DNA of 64,000 bases from the human T2T-CHM13v2.0 reference genome, Homo sapiens. Under the pieces are notes generated by a model. That model was not told the DNA's origin and searched no databases. It saw only the letters and a program-made list of their open reading frames with translations. The DNA is taken from the NCBI RefSeq assembly GCF_009914755.1, contig NC_060928.1; one strand, given 5' to 3'. The first letter of the stretch is position 1. Every line of letters starts with the position of its first letter. A program made the position numbers and the translations under genes. Of this stretch, positions 40,357 to 56,797 are shown piece by piece.

Positions 40357-40854
40357 CTAATGTGTGGTGTCCTTTAAGAGTGTAATAGAACAAAACGAAA
40401 ACTGGGGAGGAGCCAAGACGGCCGAATAGGAACAGCTCCGGTCTACAGCTCCCAGCGTGAGCGCGCAGAAGACGGGTGATTTCTGCATTTCCATCTGAGT
40501 TACCGGGTTCATCTCACTAGGGAGTGCCAGACAGTGGGCGCACGACAGTGGGTGCAGCGCACCATGCGCGAGCCGAAGGAGGGTGAGGCATTGCCTCACT
40601 CGGGAAGTGCAAGGGGTCAGGGAGTTCCCTTTCCTAGTCAAAGAAAGGGGTGACAGACGGCACCTGGAAAATCGGGTCACTCCCACCCTAATACTGCGCT
40701 TTCCTGACAGGCTTAAAAAACGGCGCATCAGTAGATTATATCCCGCACCTGGCTCAGAGGGTCCTACACCCACAGAGTCTCGCTGATTGCTAGAACAGCA
40801 GTCTGAGATCAAACTGCAAGGTGGCAGTGAGGCTGGGGGAGGGGCGCCCACCAT
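40357..40854 (-). CDS. L1 antisense ORF0, extended to 165 aa and ending in flanking DNA (translation unverified)
   Basis: MVGAPPPASLPPCSLISDCCSSNQRDSVGVGPSEPG... matches the ORF0p N-terminus; open to a stop at 40357. Confidence 0.5.
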   Translation of the reverse strand: MVGAPPPASLPPCSLISDCCSSNQRDSVGVGPSEPGAGYNLLMRRFLSLSGKRSIRVGVTRFSRCRLSPLSLTRKGNSLTPCTSRVRQCLTLLRLAHGALHPLSCAHCLALPSEMNPVTQMEMQKSPVFCALTLGAVDRSCSYSAVLAPPQFSFCSITLLKDTTH

Positions 40855-41437
40855 TGCCCAGGCTTGCTTAGGTAAACAAAGCAGCCTGGAAGCTCGAACT
40901 GGGTGGAGCCCACCACAGCTCAAGGAGGCCTGCCTGCCTCTGTAGGCTCCACCTCTGGGGGCAGGGCACAGACAAACAAAAAGACAGCAGTAACCTCTGC
41001 AGACTTAAATGTCCCTGTCTGACAGCTTTGCAGAGAACAGCAGTTCTCCCAGCACGCAGCTGGAGATCTGAGAACGGGCAGACTGCCTCCTCAAGTGGGT
41101 CCCTGACCCCTGACCCCCGAGCAGCCTAACTTGGAGGCACCCCCCAGTAGGGGCAGACTGACACCTCACACAGCCAGGTACTCCTCTGAGACAAAACTTC
41201 TAGAGGAACGATCAGACAGCAGCATTTGCGATTCACGACAATCCGCCGTTCTACAGACACCGCTGCTGATACCCAGGCAAACACGGTCTGGAGTGGACCT
41301 CTAGCAAACTCCAACAGACCTGCAGCTGAGGGTCCTGTCTGTTAGAAGGAAAACTAACAAACAGAAAGGACATCCACACCAAAAACCCATCTGTACATCA
41401 CCATCATCAAAGACCAAAAGTAGATAAAACCACAAAG
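40404..41437 (+). promoter_or_regulatory. L1 5'UTR with internal sense and antisense promoters
   Basis: The most CpG-rich stretch in the window; complete 1034-bp 5'UTR; YY1 motif altered (aagacggcc instead of aagatggcc). Confidence 0.8.
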
Positions 41438-42449
41438 ATGGGGAAAAAACAGAGAAGAAAAACTGGAAACTCTAAAAAGCAGAGCACCTCTTCCTCCAAA
41501 GGAACACAGTACCTCACCAGCAATGGAACAAAGCTGGATGGAGAATGACTTTGACGAGTTGAGAGAAGAAGGCTTCAGACGATCAAACTACTCCGAGCTA
41601 CACGAGGAAATTCAAACCAAAGGAAAAGAAGTTAAAGACTTTGAAAAAAATTTAGACCAATGTATAACTAGAATAACCAATACAGAGAAGTGCTTAAAGG
41701 AGCTGATGGAGCTGAAAGCCAAGGCTAGAGAACTGCATGAAGAATGCAGAAGCCTCAGGAGCCGATGCAATCAACTGGAAGAAAGGGTATCAGTGATGGA
41801 AGACGAAATTAATGAAATGAAGTGAGAAGGGACGTTTAGAGAAAAAAGAATAAAAAGAAATGAACAAAGCCTCCAAGAAATATGGGACTATGTGAAAAGA
41901 CCAAATCTATGTCTGATTGGTGTACCTGAAAGTGACGGGGAGAATGGAACCAAGTTGGAAAACACTCTGCAGGATATTATCCAGGAGAACTTCCCCAATC
42001 TAGCAAGGCAGGCCAACATTCAGATTCAGGAAATACAGAGAATGCCACAAAGATACTCCTCGAGAAGAGCAACTCCGAGACACATAATTGTCAGATTCAC
42101 CAAAGTTGAAATGAAGGAAAAAATGTTAAGGGCAGCCAGAGAGAAAGGTCGGGTTACCCTCAAAGGGAAGCCCATCAGACTAACAGCGGATCTCTTGGCA
42201 GAAACTCACAAGCCAGAAGAGATTGGGGACCAATATTCAATATTCTTAAAGAAAAGAATTTTCAACCCAGATTTCATATCCAGCCTAACTAAGCTTCATA
42301 AGTGAAGGAGAAATGAAGTCCTTACAGACAAGCAAACGCTGAGAGATTGTGTCACCACCAGGCCTGCCCTAAAAGAGCTCCTGACAGAAGCACTAAACGT
42401 GGAAAGGAACAACTGGTGCCAGCCGCTGCAAAATCATGCCAAAATGTAA
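41438..42449 (+). pseudogene. L1 ORF1 (RNA-binding protein), disrupted
   Basis: ATG GGG AAA AAA CAG start; ORF1p peptides in separate frames (41523-41825, 41892-42305); in-frame TGA at 41823 and frameshifts. Confidence 0.93.
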
Positions 42450-42497
42450 AGACCATCGAGACTAGGAAGAAACTGCATCAACTAATGAGCAAAATAA

Positions 42498-46329
<3,832 letters not shown>

Positions 46330-46560
46330 ACAATGAGAACACATGGACACAGGAAGGGGAACATCACACTCTGGGGACTGCTGTGGGGTGGGGGGAGGGG
46401 GGAGGGATAGCATTAGGAGATATACATAATGCTAAATGAAGTGTTAATGGGTGCAGCACACCAGCATGGCACATGTATACATATGTAACTAACCTGCACA
46501 TTGTGCACATGTACCCTAAAACTTAAAGTATAATAATAAAAAATAAAGAGTGTAATAGAA

Positions 46561-46619
46561 CCTTATTCATCATTATATCCCTTATTCATCATTATATATG
46601 AACTTATATATATAAGTTC
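46561..46619. repeat. 18-bp direct repeat (period 19) plus a 20-bp perfect palindrome
   Basis: ccttattcatcattatat x2; gaacttatatatataagttc at 46600-46619. Confidence 0.9.
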
Positions 46620-47341
46620 TTTGCTTATAAAAGCCCAGGTCTTCAGAAATTATTTCCTGAATAAATGAATTCATGAAAGAATACCCTTGTACTTACATGA
46701 TAAGCAGATATCTCAGACGACTTATGGAGTCCTTTCAAGTCATAATAAGTAAGCATTCGAGATATTCTGTTGCTGATTTCTGATATTAGATTTTAAAAAA
46801 ATTTACAGAACAATTTTTCTTAGATCAACAGAAATTCCTCTATTTAGAGAACGTTAACAACTCTGCAGCACCTGTTCAGGTTCAAATTGGTTTGAAGAAG
46901 TCTTGTCTGTACACAGTTATACAACAACCAAGATTCAATGTGGATATAGAAACTTAGATTTGATGTATTTAAATTCAATGTGAAGGACTTTCCTGGCATG
47001 AGTACTAAATGATTATGGAGAAGAAGAGTGGTAATAAATCAGCACACCAGAGAAAAGATAAAGACAACAGAGAGAAGAGATTCAGACCAATCTAATATTT
47101 CTGGAATTTATACTGTTATCACAAAGGAACTCTTCTATTCAGAGTTTTATGTATCCTCATTCCTTTCAGAATGTATTCCATACTTCTCATTATGGCATAT
47201 TAGGTCTTCCAAGTCTGGTCCCATCAACTCTACAAGCTTCATTCTATTTCATTTTTATTACTCATCAAAAGAACTACTCATAGGAACCTCCGCTCTTCCC
47301 TCTCTGAACTGTTCCATGCCTTATGCTAAAGCAAAAAAACG

Positions 47342-48021
47342 TTGGGCACTAGTTAATGGTGATAAAGACAGATGTTATTTAGTGACCATTACTATGGAAT
47401 ACAAGAATGTCTAGTATAAACTGAGCTCAAATTTGCCAAAACGAAAAGCAGGAGACATGTTAAAAGCTGAGGTACACTAAAGCAGAGGAACTGGAGGGCA
47501 CAGAGTAGCAGTTTTATTCTTGTGAACAGCTCATATGGGTTTGCTAATTGGCACACATTCGGGGGGGAAACACATTGGCTGCACTGTCATGATACGAGAT
47601 GGTTGTAAAGTTAGAGCAAGGCTCCCACCAAAATATGTCCTCACCTTCCCACAGGGACTGGGAAGCTGGAGTTATCCCCTTGAATGTTCTCATTTCAAAG
47701 AGACGGCTTTGGGGTCCTTGAGAAATCAGTTCTGGGTGATAAAAAGAGTTACTTCTAAAAGAAGCAGAAAAGGGGTTTATACTTGCAAGCTTTCTAAAGT
47801 AACAGTTAAGGGACCTATAGGCCTATCATCAGGTTTTGCCTGGAATAAACACCCGATTATCCTAGTAGCTTTGAGCTTCCTTTGACAGGTATTTTAAAGG
47901 GGCCTGTAGCAACTAAGGCCACAGCCTTAAGGTGCTGCATAGTGTGCTTGAGTTTGGTTAAGTCTCTTAGTACAGGAGCTTGGATGGAGTCAATAAATGC
48001 TATGAGTTTTTGCAGTTTTTA
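47342..48021 (-). mobile_element. ERV1-class solo LTR (MER67-like)
   Basis: tataaactgagctcaa...tttcaaagagacggctttggggtccttgagaaa...gtttggttaagtctcttagtacagg...tgcagttt resembles MER67/MER31 in reverse. Confidence 0.6.
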
Positions 48022-49379
48022 CTTGCTCCTGGGATACTCTTCACTTCCATTTTCTCTAAAGAGAGTATCAGGCCTTTCTATGGTTGTGTCTACATTATCA
48101 AGTGAAGTGTTTGAAAGATGCCTGTGAGACAAAAGAAATAATTAATTAGAATGTCCCCTAATGTTCACAGAGTATACAAAATATCTTCATGTCCATTAAT
48201 AATGGTGTTAATTGCTGTTATTAAATACCTTCTGCATGCCACATGATTTACTTGCATTATCTCATATAATTCTCACAACCACTCTTTTGAGATAGTCATT
48301 GAATCTTTATCTTGCAAATAAAGAATATGAGAGTCAGAGGCACAAATTTTGTTGTCCAAGGGCATTCATTTAGAACTCTAGAGTTGAGAATCTTTAATAT
48401 GTACCTTCATAGCATTATTCTCAGAAAGTCACAATGCCGTTCCACATGCTATATACAACCCATTTGCTGCTAGAAAAGGAGTTGGTTTTACATTTTACAA
48501 ATGACATAACCCAGACTTAACGTACGCAGTATTCCCAAGATTACATAGCTAAATAGTAAAGATATAGTGACTCAAACTGATGCATTTCTAAACTCCAGAA
48601 ACTTTAAGTGTTAAATACACCATTTCTTTGCAATAATTTCAACCGAGTTAAAGAACATCTAAACCGTATGTAACCTTTTATCATTTTTATGCTTATGACT
48701 GTGTGCTAATGGAAAATGTAAATTTCCTGGCAATTTACAGCAGATTTTACATTAGTGGCACTGTTCTCATAGTCCTGTTATCTCAGTTTGTCTTAAACAT
48801 TTATTACTAATTTGACACCAGTGATATTCTAATTAAAGTTCTTTCTCTAACATGAAATAGAGTATTATATAAAGCAGAAAGAATGTTTTCATTCCATTTA
48901 GATTGCCAGATATTTCATGGGTGGTTTACAATAAATGTTGGAAGCAATTTTGTTTATTTGTTTAGGAAATCATCATTTCCATCATTCTTACTCCATATTA
49001 CAACCCTGTATTTCCTTAGCTAATTTTCGTGTTTCATTAGACGCTCTTTCATGCAAAGAGTTTTCGTTTAGGCACAATTGTTAATTAAAGTGAGTATTGA
49101 AATTGCTTAATTGCCTGAAAAAAGATGTTATATTTTTCCAAGCATGACCTATGCTATTGGCAGAAAGATTATTAAAACTTTCATATTTAAGGAAAAAAAA
49201 GCAGGGTTTGAGGATAAAATTAGGTCATTCTGAACTCTTTTTACATAATCAGAATCTAAATAAGCTCCACTCAGTCACTGACCCCTGTTGATTCTTCTTC
49301 CTAAATACACATTACAAATGTCTTTTTCTTTTTTTCATCTATCCCCACTTTCTCCGCTCTAGGTCACTGGCTTATTTTC

Positions 49380-49720
49380 AAACTGAACAATAAAACTGTT
49401 AGAAGTTTAAACAGATTATTGATGCCTATATCCAACTCCAGCCATTCTGATTACATTGATATAGTGTGGGACTGGAGAATTTGCAGTTGTAACCAGTTTT
49501 GGGGTGATGTTGATGCTGTTGGTCTAAGGATCAAACTTGGAGAATCACTGTTCTCATTTCTTGCTAATGAGCATCTGTACCATGGAACAGCAACATTAAC
49601 ATTACTTGTTAGAAATACAGAATTTGGGTCCCCATCCTAGACCTACTGAATAATAATCTGCACCTTCACAACATCCCCAGGGGACTCAAGTGCACAAGAC
49701 AGTGTGAGCAGCACTCAAAT
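49380..49720. mobile_element. Two adjacent MER5-family (hAT-Charlie) fossils
   Basis: ggtgatgttgatgctgttggtctaaggatcaaacttggagaatcactg; cttgttagaaatacagaatttgggtccccatcctagacctactgaataataatctgc. Confidence 0.7.
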
Positions 49721-51569
49721 TAGCACCTTAGTACTCTGTCATCTTGGCTACTCATTAGTTTCTTTGCCTTTTATTCCTCCCCATCCCCAAACAGATCTTC
49801 ACATTCCTTCCTAACATGCATATACAGTCATAACAATGATCACAGGACTAAGCTGATGAACACATGTCTATTTCTTCCTAGGTTAACTTTTAAACTCCTT
49901 TCTTTGTCATGCAAGGTCTGCCTTCTTCCACTGGCTCCCCAAACCTCAAGTCCTGAGGGTTCATTCCATGAATACAGCCTTCTGTACTCTGATGTTTTTC
50001 ATAAGCTCTTCCCTCTGCAAGGAAAAGTCTCCTGGCCATTGCCAAAGACCTATGTGCTATAGCAGCCTGGTTGAGAAAAGCAACCATACAATATTTTAAG
50101 TAAGATGATGGTAGAGTCGAAAGAAAACAAATTTCAGCAAAAATCAGAGCTATCTTATGAATCTGAGTTCTGTTCCTTCCTGGATTTACATCCTTGTAAA
50201 TTCAATGAAATTCAATTGACTTTCTTTCCCTTTTCTTTTAGTAATCTACACAAAGGAGTTAATGACATAACTATTTTAAATGAGATGGTATTCATAAAAT
50301 ATTGGCAGCTACCTAACCCGCATATAGTGGTTACCTAATGAGTGTCAGTGTATCCCATCACTCAAAAGAGAACTAGATACACAATAAGTGCTTAAACATG
50401 CAAATGTGTTTGATGCACTGCCGATCAAAGGAGAGTGCATAAAAGCAAGAGTAAGACACCAGACCTACAGAGTATTTTGTTAAGCTGTCTTTTTTAACCA
50501 TGGATATTTAAAATATCCCTTAGTGAACCTTTGCACTGACCCAATACTTTTTTTCTTACTAAAAAAAGAAAAAAGAAAAATGACTGAATTAAGGAAGATT
50601 CTTTACTAGGAGCCAAAAAAAAAAAAAAAAAAACCCACAAAAACAAGTAGAGGGAAAAAAAGGAACACCCCTTGAATTATTTTTTGAGAAATCTGCAGAA
50701 CACTTAAAATATTTTATATTTCACATTAAATATTCCATTTATATCAGAAAAGTTCATAAGTCCCAGTGAATATGCCTGCAATTAAAACATTTAACTGAAG
50801 AAAAAGGGTATATTTTGGCTGCTGAAATTTAAAGTTGCTTAATTTTTGATTATATAATGTTACCTTGGACTCCCACAAAGACCTGCCCTACTTTAGAAAT
50901 ATTGTATTGTACTAAAGACTTTTAATCCCAGCTCTCAAATTCTAAATAATATATAAGCGTTGCTTAAAAACGGTAAAATAAAAAATGAATCATCCCATTT
51001 TAATAGTCCACATGAATAGTTATTGGATCAATAGTTCATAGTATACAACTGCAATTAAATGTACTCAATAATTCAGTAAAATGTTCATATTTTATACTTT
51101 AAAGTCATTGAGGTAATAAAATGTAACCTCTAAGATCATTCTTCAGTTATAATGAAGCATATATACAAAAATACATATGTATTCTTTCTAACTCTTCAAA
51201 TATATTTGATTGTTTTACTTTAAAAATTCTTGTTTAGAAAAATAATGTTTAACCCTTTTATAGGCTACAGTCAATTTTCAAAATCTTGATTCTCAGCATA
51301 GTAAAATATTTAGATACATTTAGAATTTTAAGGTAGAAACATGTAGAAAAATGTTGAATATAGTTTACAGCTAGATATTTTGGCATCAAAGGCAAACAAT
51401 TTCAAATTTAGTTGATAACCAGTTTATGTTAAAAGATAGAAATTGCTTTTCCTTTCAAACATTTGAGCGCATATTGCTGGCCTTGGATGAGATGAAGTCA
51501 CTATATGCTTATTCTCACAGACCCAAGCAGGAAATGTAGGCTCGAAGCTATGTCTTGAGTGAACAGTTA

Positions 51570-51740
51570 CTCAGTGTTGTGTTGTGGAGTCTGGCCTGTG
51601 GGCAAGCAGCATTAGAAACTCCTGAGTGCTAGTTAGAAAGCCAGAATCTCAGACTTGACCCAGTCCTTTTGAATTGGAATCTGCATTTTGACTGAAGCCT
51701 CACTGTTTTGAATGCACAACATTTGGGAAATCACTGCTGA
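51570..51740. mobile_element. MER5A-like fossil
   Basis: gcagcattag...cctgagtgctagttagaaagccagaatctcag...gaattggaatctgcatttt...ttgggaaatcactg. Confidence 0.7.
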
Positions 51741-51909
51741 ATAGCATGGACCTTAACCACTCAAACTCCAGATTCATTCTGCCTGCACCAAGTTTTGGGT
51801 CCATTGCTTTGCAATGCCTTGCAACATATAAAGGATCCATAACTAATAACTGCTATTATTTGATCAGTGAAGAGAGGGCAGTTCTCTTCTCATGTCACAA
51901 AAGTCATTC

Positions 51910-52811
51910 AGAATCTATAAGAAACTTAAACAAATTAACAAGCAAAAGACAAACAACGTCACTAAAAAATGAGCAAAGGACATGACCTGACACTTCTCAA
52001 AAGAAGACATACATATGGCCAATAAGCATATGAAAAAGTGTTCAACATCAGTAATCATTAGAGAAACACAAATCTCCACACCATCTCACACCAGTAAGAA
52101 TGGCTATTATTAAAAAGTCAAAACATAACCGATGCTGGGGAGGTTGCTGAGAATAGGAATCCTTATACACTGCTGGTGGGAATGTAAACTATTTCAGCCA
52201 CTGTGCAACGCAGTTTGGAGATTTCTAAAAGAACTTAAACCAGAATTACTATTCCACCCAGGAATCCCAGCAATATATACTAGTTATATGCCTATACAAA
52301 TATAAATCATTCTACCATAAAGGCACATGCACATGTATATTTACTGCAGCACTATAAATGACAGCAAAGAAAGAGAATCAACCTAAATACCCATCAATGG
52401 ATTGGATAGACAAAATGTGGTACAAATACATAATGGAATACTACACAGCCATAAAAAAGAATTAAATTCCGTCCTGCGCAGCAACACAGATGCAGCAGGA
52501 GGCCGTTGTCTTAAGCAAATTCACACAGGAATAGAAAACCAAATATGGATGTTCTCTCTTATAAGTAGGAGCTAAACATTGAGTACACATGGACACAAAG
52601 AAGGGAAGAGACACTGAGGCTTACATGAGGGTGGACGTTAAGAGGAGGGTCAAGAAGAGCAAGCTCCCTATTAGGTACTCTGCTTGTTATATGGGTGACA
52701 AAATAATCTGTACACCAAAACCCCATGACACACAACTTACCCATATAACAAACCTGTACGTGTAACCCATGAACCTGAAATAAAAGTTGGAAAGGGAAAA
52801 GAAGAAAAAAA
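51910..52811 (+). mobile_element. L1PA15/16-like 5'-truncated LINE-1 3' end
   Basis: cagaatctataagaaacttaaacaaattaacaagc...aataatctgtacaccaaaaccccatgacacacaac...aataaaagttggaaa plus A-rich tail. Confidence 0.9.
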
Positions 52812-53129
52812 CAAAGCCACCTGTGGCCTCAGAGAATGTATCTTTAACTTTGGCTCAGGAAACCTGGATTTGATGCTCAGCTTTGTGACTTTCCACCTGT
52901 TTACCTCAGGTCCACAATTCAAGTTCTCATAATTTCCAATTCCTAACCAGTAAAACCAGAATATTAACACGCCAGGGTTAATGTTAAGATCTAATGAAGG
53001 AATAATACAGAATCACTTTGTAAACTTTAGAATTCTGCATATATATTAGCTGTTAATATGGCAGCACAGTTGATAAACTAATGTGCGTTCTGTTGACATG
53101 GGGTGGGGTGCCCCATCCATATTCCATCA

Positions 53130-54050
53130 TGAGACTCCTCTTCTCTAAATCCTTTTGAGGATCAAATCCAAATGCCTTGCCATAGTCCTCAAGATTCCTC
53201 CATGAATGGAGCCCTGGATCTCTCATCTTGTACCCATTTTCCCTTTTCTCACACTCCTACAGCCAGATTTGTCTTGAAGATTTTCCATGAAGACAGCAAT
53301 TTTGTACTCGCTGTCCCTTGTTTTGCCACTGTCTAAGAGTGAAATGTACTCCCCTCAGATATCAATATGGCCTCTTCATTCAGGTCTCTCTGAAAATGAT
53401 ATATCCTCAGTCATGGTTTCTATGATCTCTGAAATCAAGCACTTCACTCGCTACCACACTTTATCCACTTACTCTACTTCTTTACATTTCACTAAATTTA
53501 TTGCTACCTAACATTATAATTCAAAGTTCAATCAGGAAAGCAGAGAACTCTACTTATTTTAAGAAGAGGAATTTTAATGAGGAAATGCATGCAAAACCAT
53601 TGGAAGGTCTGGGAGAACAAAGATTAGACAAAGCCTTAAACGACTTTCAGGAAATTTAGAAGGACTGAAATTGCAAAGAAGGTGCCAGCAAAACCACAAG
53701 ATTGTGCATGCATAGGAGATAGCCTGGTCGCTGCTGCAAACTCCACCTTAGCTGTCTGCCCAACTGACTGCCTCAACTTCCATGGGTGATTATTTTCCTT
53801 TCATCTACTTTTCCGGTTATCTACTCTCCAGATCTTCCGTAAGTGCCTATTATTGGTGGATAGAAAAAATAGAAATAATATCTGGCATGCAAATATACTT
53901 TTCTGTCTTCCCTGCTGAAACATAAGCTCCATGAGAACGAGGACTTCATCTATTTTTGTTTTGCTATGGTCTAAAAGAAGAATAGCAGCAAAAAAATCAG
54001 TAGGCACTCAAAGAACAAAATTTTATTGAATGAATGAGTGAGCAAGTGAA
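53130..54050 (+). mobile_element. L2 3' end fragments (interrupted ~53520-53870)
   Basis: aggatcaaatccaaatgccttgcc...; cataagctccatgagaacgaggactt...agtaggcactcaaa...ttgaatgaatgagtgag. Confidence 0.6.
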
Positions 54051-54880
54051 TGGAAGGACCCTAAAGCTGGAATCTCCATCATTATCTATGCCTTATTCTT
54101 TGGTTGGTGTGCAAGCCGTGCAAGGCAGAGAAACAACTGCCCAGGGAGTTTGCTGTCCCTATTCCCACCCTGAAAGTACCTCCAAGCGCTCACATCTTCA
54201 CACATTTCTCCCAGGTTCCTGGGAGAATTATACCAATGCTAGCAGGACACTGGACTGAGTCAAAAGACTTAGACTTCTAGTCTGGTCTACATCTTTGGTT
54301 ACTGGAGAGAACTTAGAGAACACATTTTACTTCTTTGAGCCTCATTTCGTTCTCTGAAAAATGATGATGATGAATGCTGCCTGTTTAGTTCACGGTTTAT
54401 CAGAAGGGTCATTTGAAATGATGTATTTTGCTATTCATTCATTCATTCATAAAACCTTTACCAGGCACTTACTTTATTCCAGGAACATTAGAAAAGACTG
54501 GGTATATCAAAGTGTGTAGAACATCAGCCTCGAGCCTGAGACACTCATTACTGCATAAGCAGAGTTCATGAGCCTATGTAAACAATCAGTGAAATAAAGC
54601 TGACAAGAGTAGGAATAGTAAGAACACACTCAAAGTGGTGTGAGAGTGCAGAAGATCAGGGAATTACTTCCACTAAAGGAGTCAGCAATGTAATTTGTGG
54701 TGGAATTTCAGCAGGGTCTCCAGGGATATGTCTAGTTTTGTCAAGGGGTAAACCAGAAGCAGTTGTGTGCTGCTATAAAAGTTTTAAAAATAAAGATAAA
54801 ATGTTTGAAATTGGGTAAACAGTATAGTTCTCCAAAGGCACTGGTGAATGTCTAACAATGTACATCTCTGTGAAAAGGTT

Positions 54881-54881
<1 letters not shown>

Positions 54882-54911
<30 letters not shown>

Positions 54912-54912
54912 G
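54882..54912. repeat. (TG)n microsatellite, followed by a MIR (~54915-55175)
   Basis: Direct reading; MIR core ttttcctcatccgtaaatttggggtaataatagta downstream. Confidence 0.85.
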
Positions 54913-56224
54913 TTATGTAGCACAGTGAACGCAATCCCTAACTAAGAGATAGACTGCTTGGATTTAAAAATCTGGTTCTACCACTTATTAGTGTGTGACT
55001 TTTCGCCACAGACTTAACTTGTCTGGGCATTTTCCTCATCCGTAAATTTGGGGTAATAATAGTATGTGCCATACAAAGCTGAGAATATTATCTGAGTTGA
55101 CCCACACAAATTTCTTTTAATACTGTCTGACTGTCGAAGAGAGTAAACACACAACTAACCCAGCTATTATTACAGTAACTACTGGCCTACCATTATTATT
55201 ATTGATATAATTTATTTGTCTATAAAATCTGTTCTGCCCAGTCTGAGGGCTTGGGATTAATAACCGTCTGAAATAACAGCTTCAGTCCACACCAGTCTGT
55301 TATATTATCTTTCTCAGTAAATTGTCACCACTCAGGGCCAGATGTTAACACAGCCTCAATCCAGCCCTGTGTATACCCCTGGCCTGGGCCAGCTGTGCTG
55401 GGTTCCCTTCACTAATCCACACGGCTCAAATTTGTGAGAATCCCTGCTGAAAACTTTCTCTTCTGGCCCTGCCATGTGCTTATAAGGTCTTTGGCAAGTT
55501 CTGTTTGAAATGTTTTGGTCAGCTCAGCTCGGATAATTGCATGCAATGATATATGGGAAAGGGACCTGGAGAGCATGTTATCCAGCATCTTCACTTCACA
55601 GATGGCAAATCTGAGGACCAGAGAGAGAAGGAGACTTGCCCGAGGTCACAGAGTTAATTAATGGAAGGCATAAATCCAACACAAATCTGCCCAGTCCCAG
55701 ACCAGTACTCTGTTCCACTACGTGTCCTGCTTAATTACATGCTGACCAAAGCAATGAAACATACCACAGCATTAAATATGTATTAGATTGACATCATTAT
55801 GTTTTTTAATTCTGGTATCAGGAAACACTATCCTGTTAAACATGTTGGTTTTAAAACCCAGGTTTAACAGCAAGAGTGCATGGATTGAAGGAATCATAAT
55901 GCACACATTAACAACAGTAATGGTGGGACTGACACTTATTATATGGCACATTACTGTTCACGAAATATTGCATATATGTTATTTTAATTGTTTTCTCTTC
56001 ATTGTAAACAAATACAAATTTTGGCACTCAAAGGGGATTCTGTTACAGTCCTGTTTTCAGAGGAGACAGATCTTCCCTGTTTTTCTAGGCTCAGGCCAAA
56101 GACTGTCTTCAGTATGAAGTTTGTGCTTCTGTCACCACGCCAAAAGACAAACTTTATCTGAACTCTCATAACCTCCTGGTTAACTAGACTATACTCTCAT
56201 CTTAAGTAGTGGAGGCTGGGTTAT

Positions 56225-56281
56225 GTTTGTGTGTATGTGCGTGTGTGTGTGTGTGCGTGCATGTGCGCATGTGCATGTGTA
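56225..56281. repeat. Imperfect (TG/CG) alternating purine-pyrimidine tract
   Basis: tgtgtgtatgtgcgtgtgtgtgtgtgtgcgtgcatgtgcgcatgtgcatgtgt. Confidence 0.85.
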
Positions 56282-56606
56282 TTACGTTGAGTAATTAAGA
56301 AAATTTCTATTGAATAGGTTCATTTGTGTGGGTAAAATTCACATACTGATATTGAGTAGGCATTTAATAAAGTTTCCAAAATACAACACTTGAAAATGTT
56401 TGTTTGTCAACCTATCCTCCCTTCTCTGTTCTCAATAAATTACCTTAAGACTCATCCCACTGATTAAGACAAAAACTATATGCAATTGTGGTATCATTGC
56501 CCCTCAACCATGACATGCAAACATTGCAAAATATGTCAGTGAAACTCTAAAAACACACATAGAATCTACTCACAGTTGTTTATCTCCACAAATATTGGCC
56601 CAGTGA

Positions 56607-56797
<191 letters not shown>

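Noticed and set aside
46384-46408. G-quadruplex-like G runs (also ~13078-13100)
   Set aside because: A standard feature of L1PA 3'UTRs, not specific to this locus
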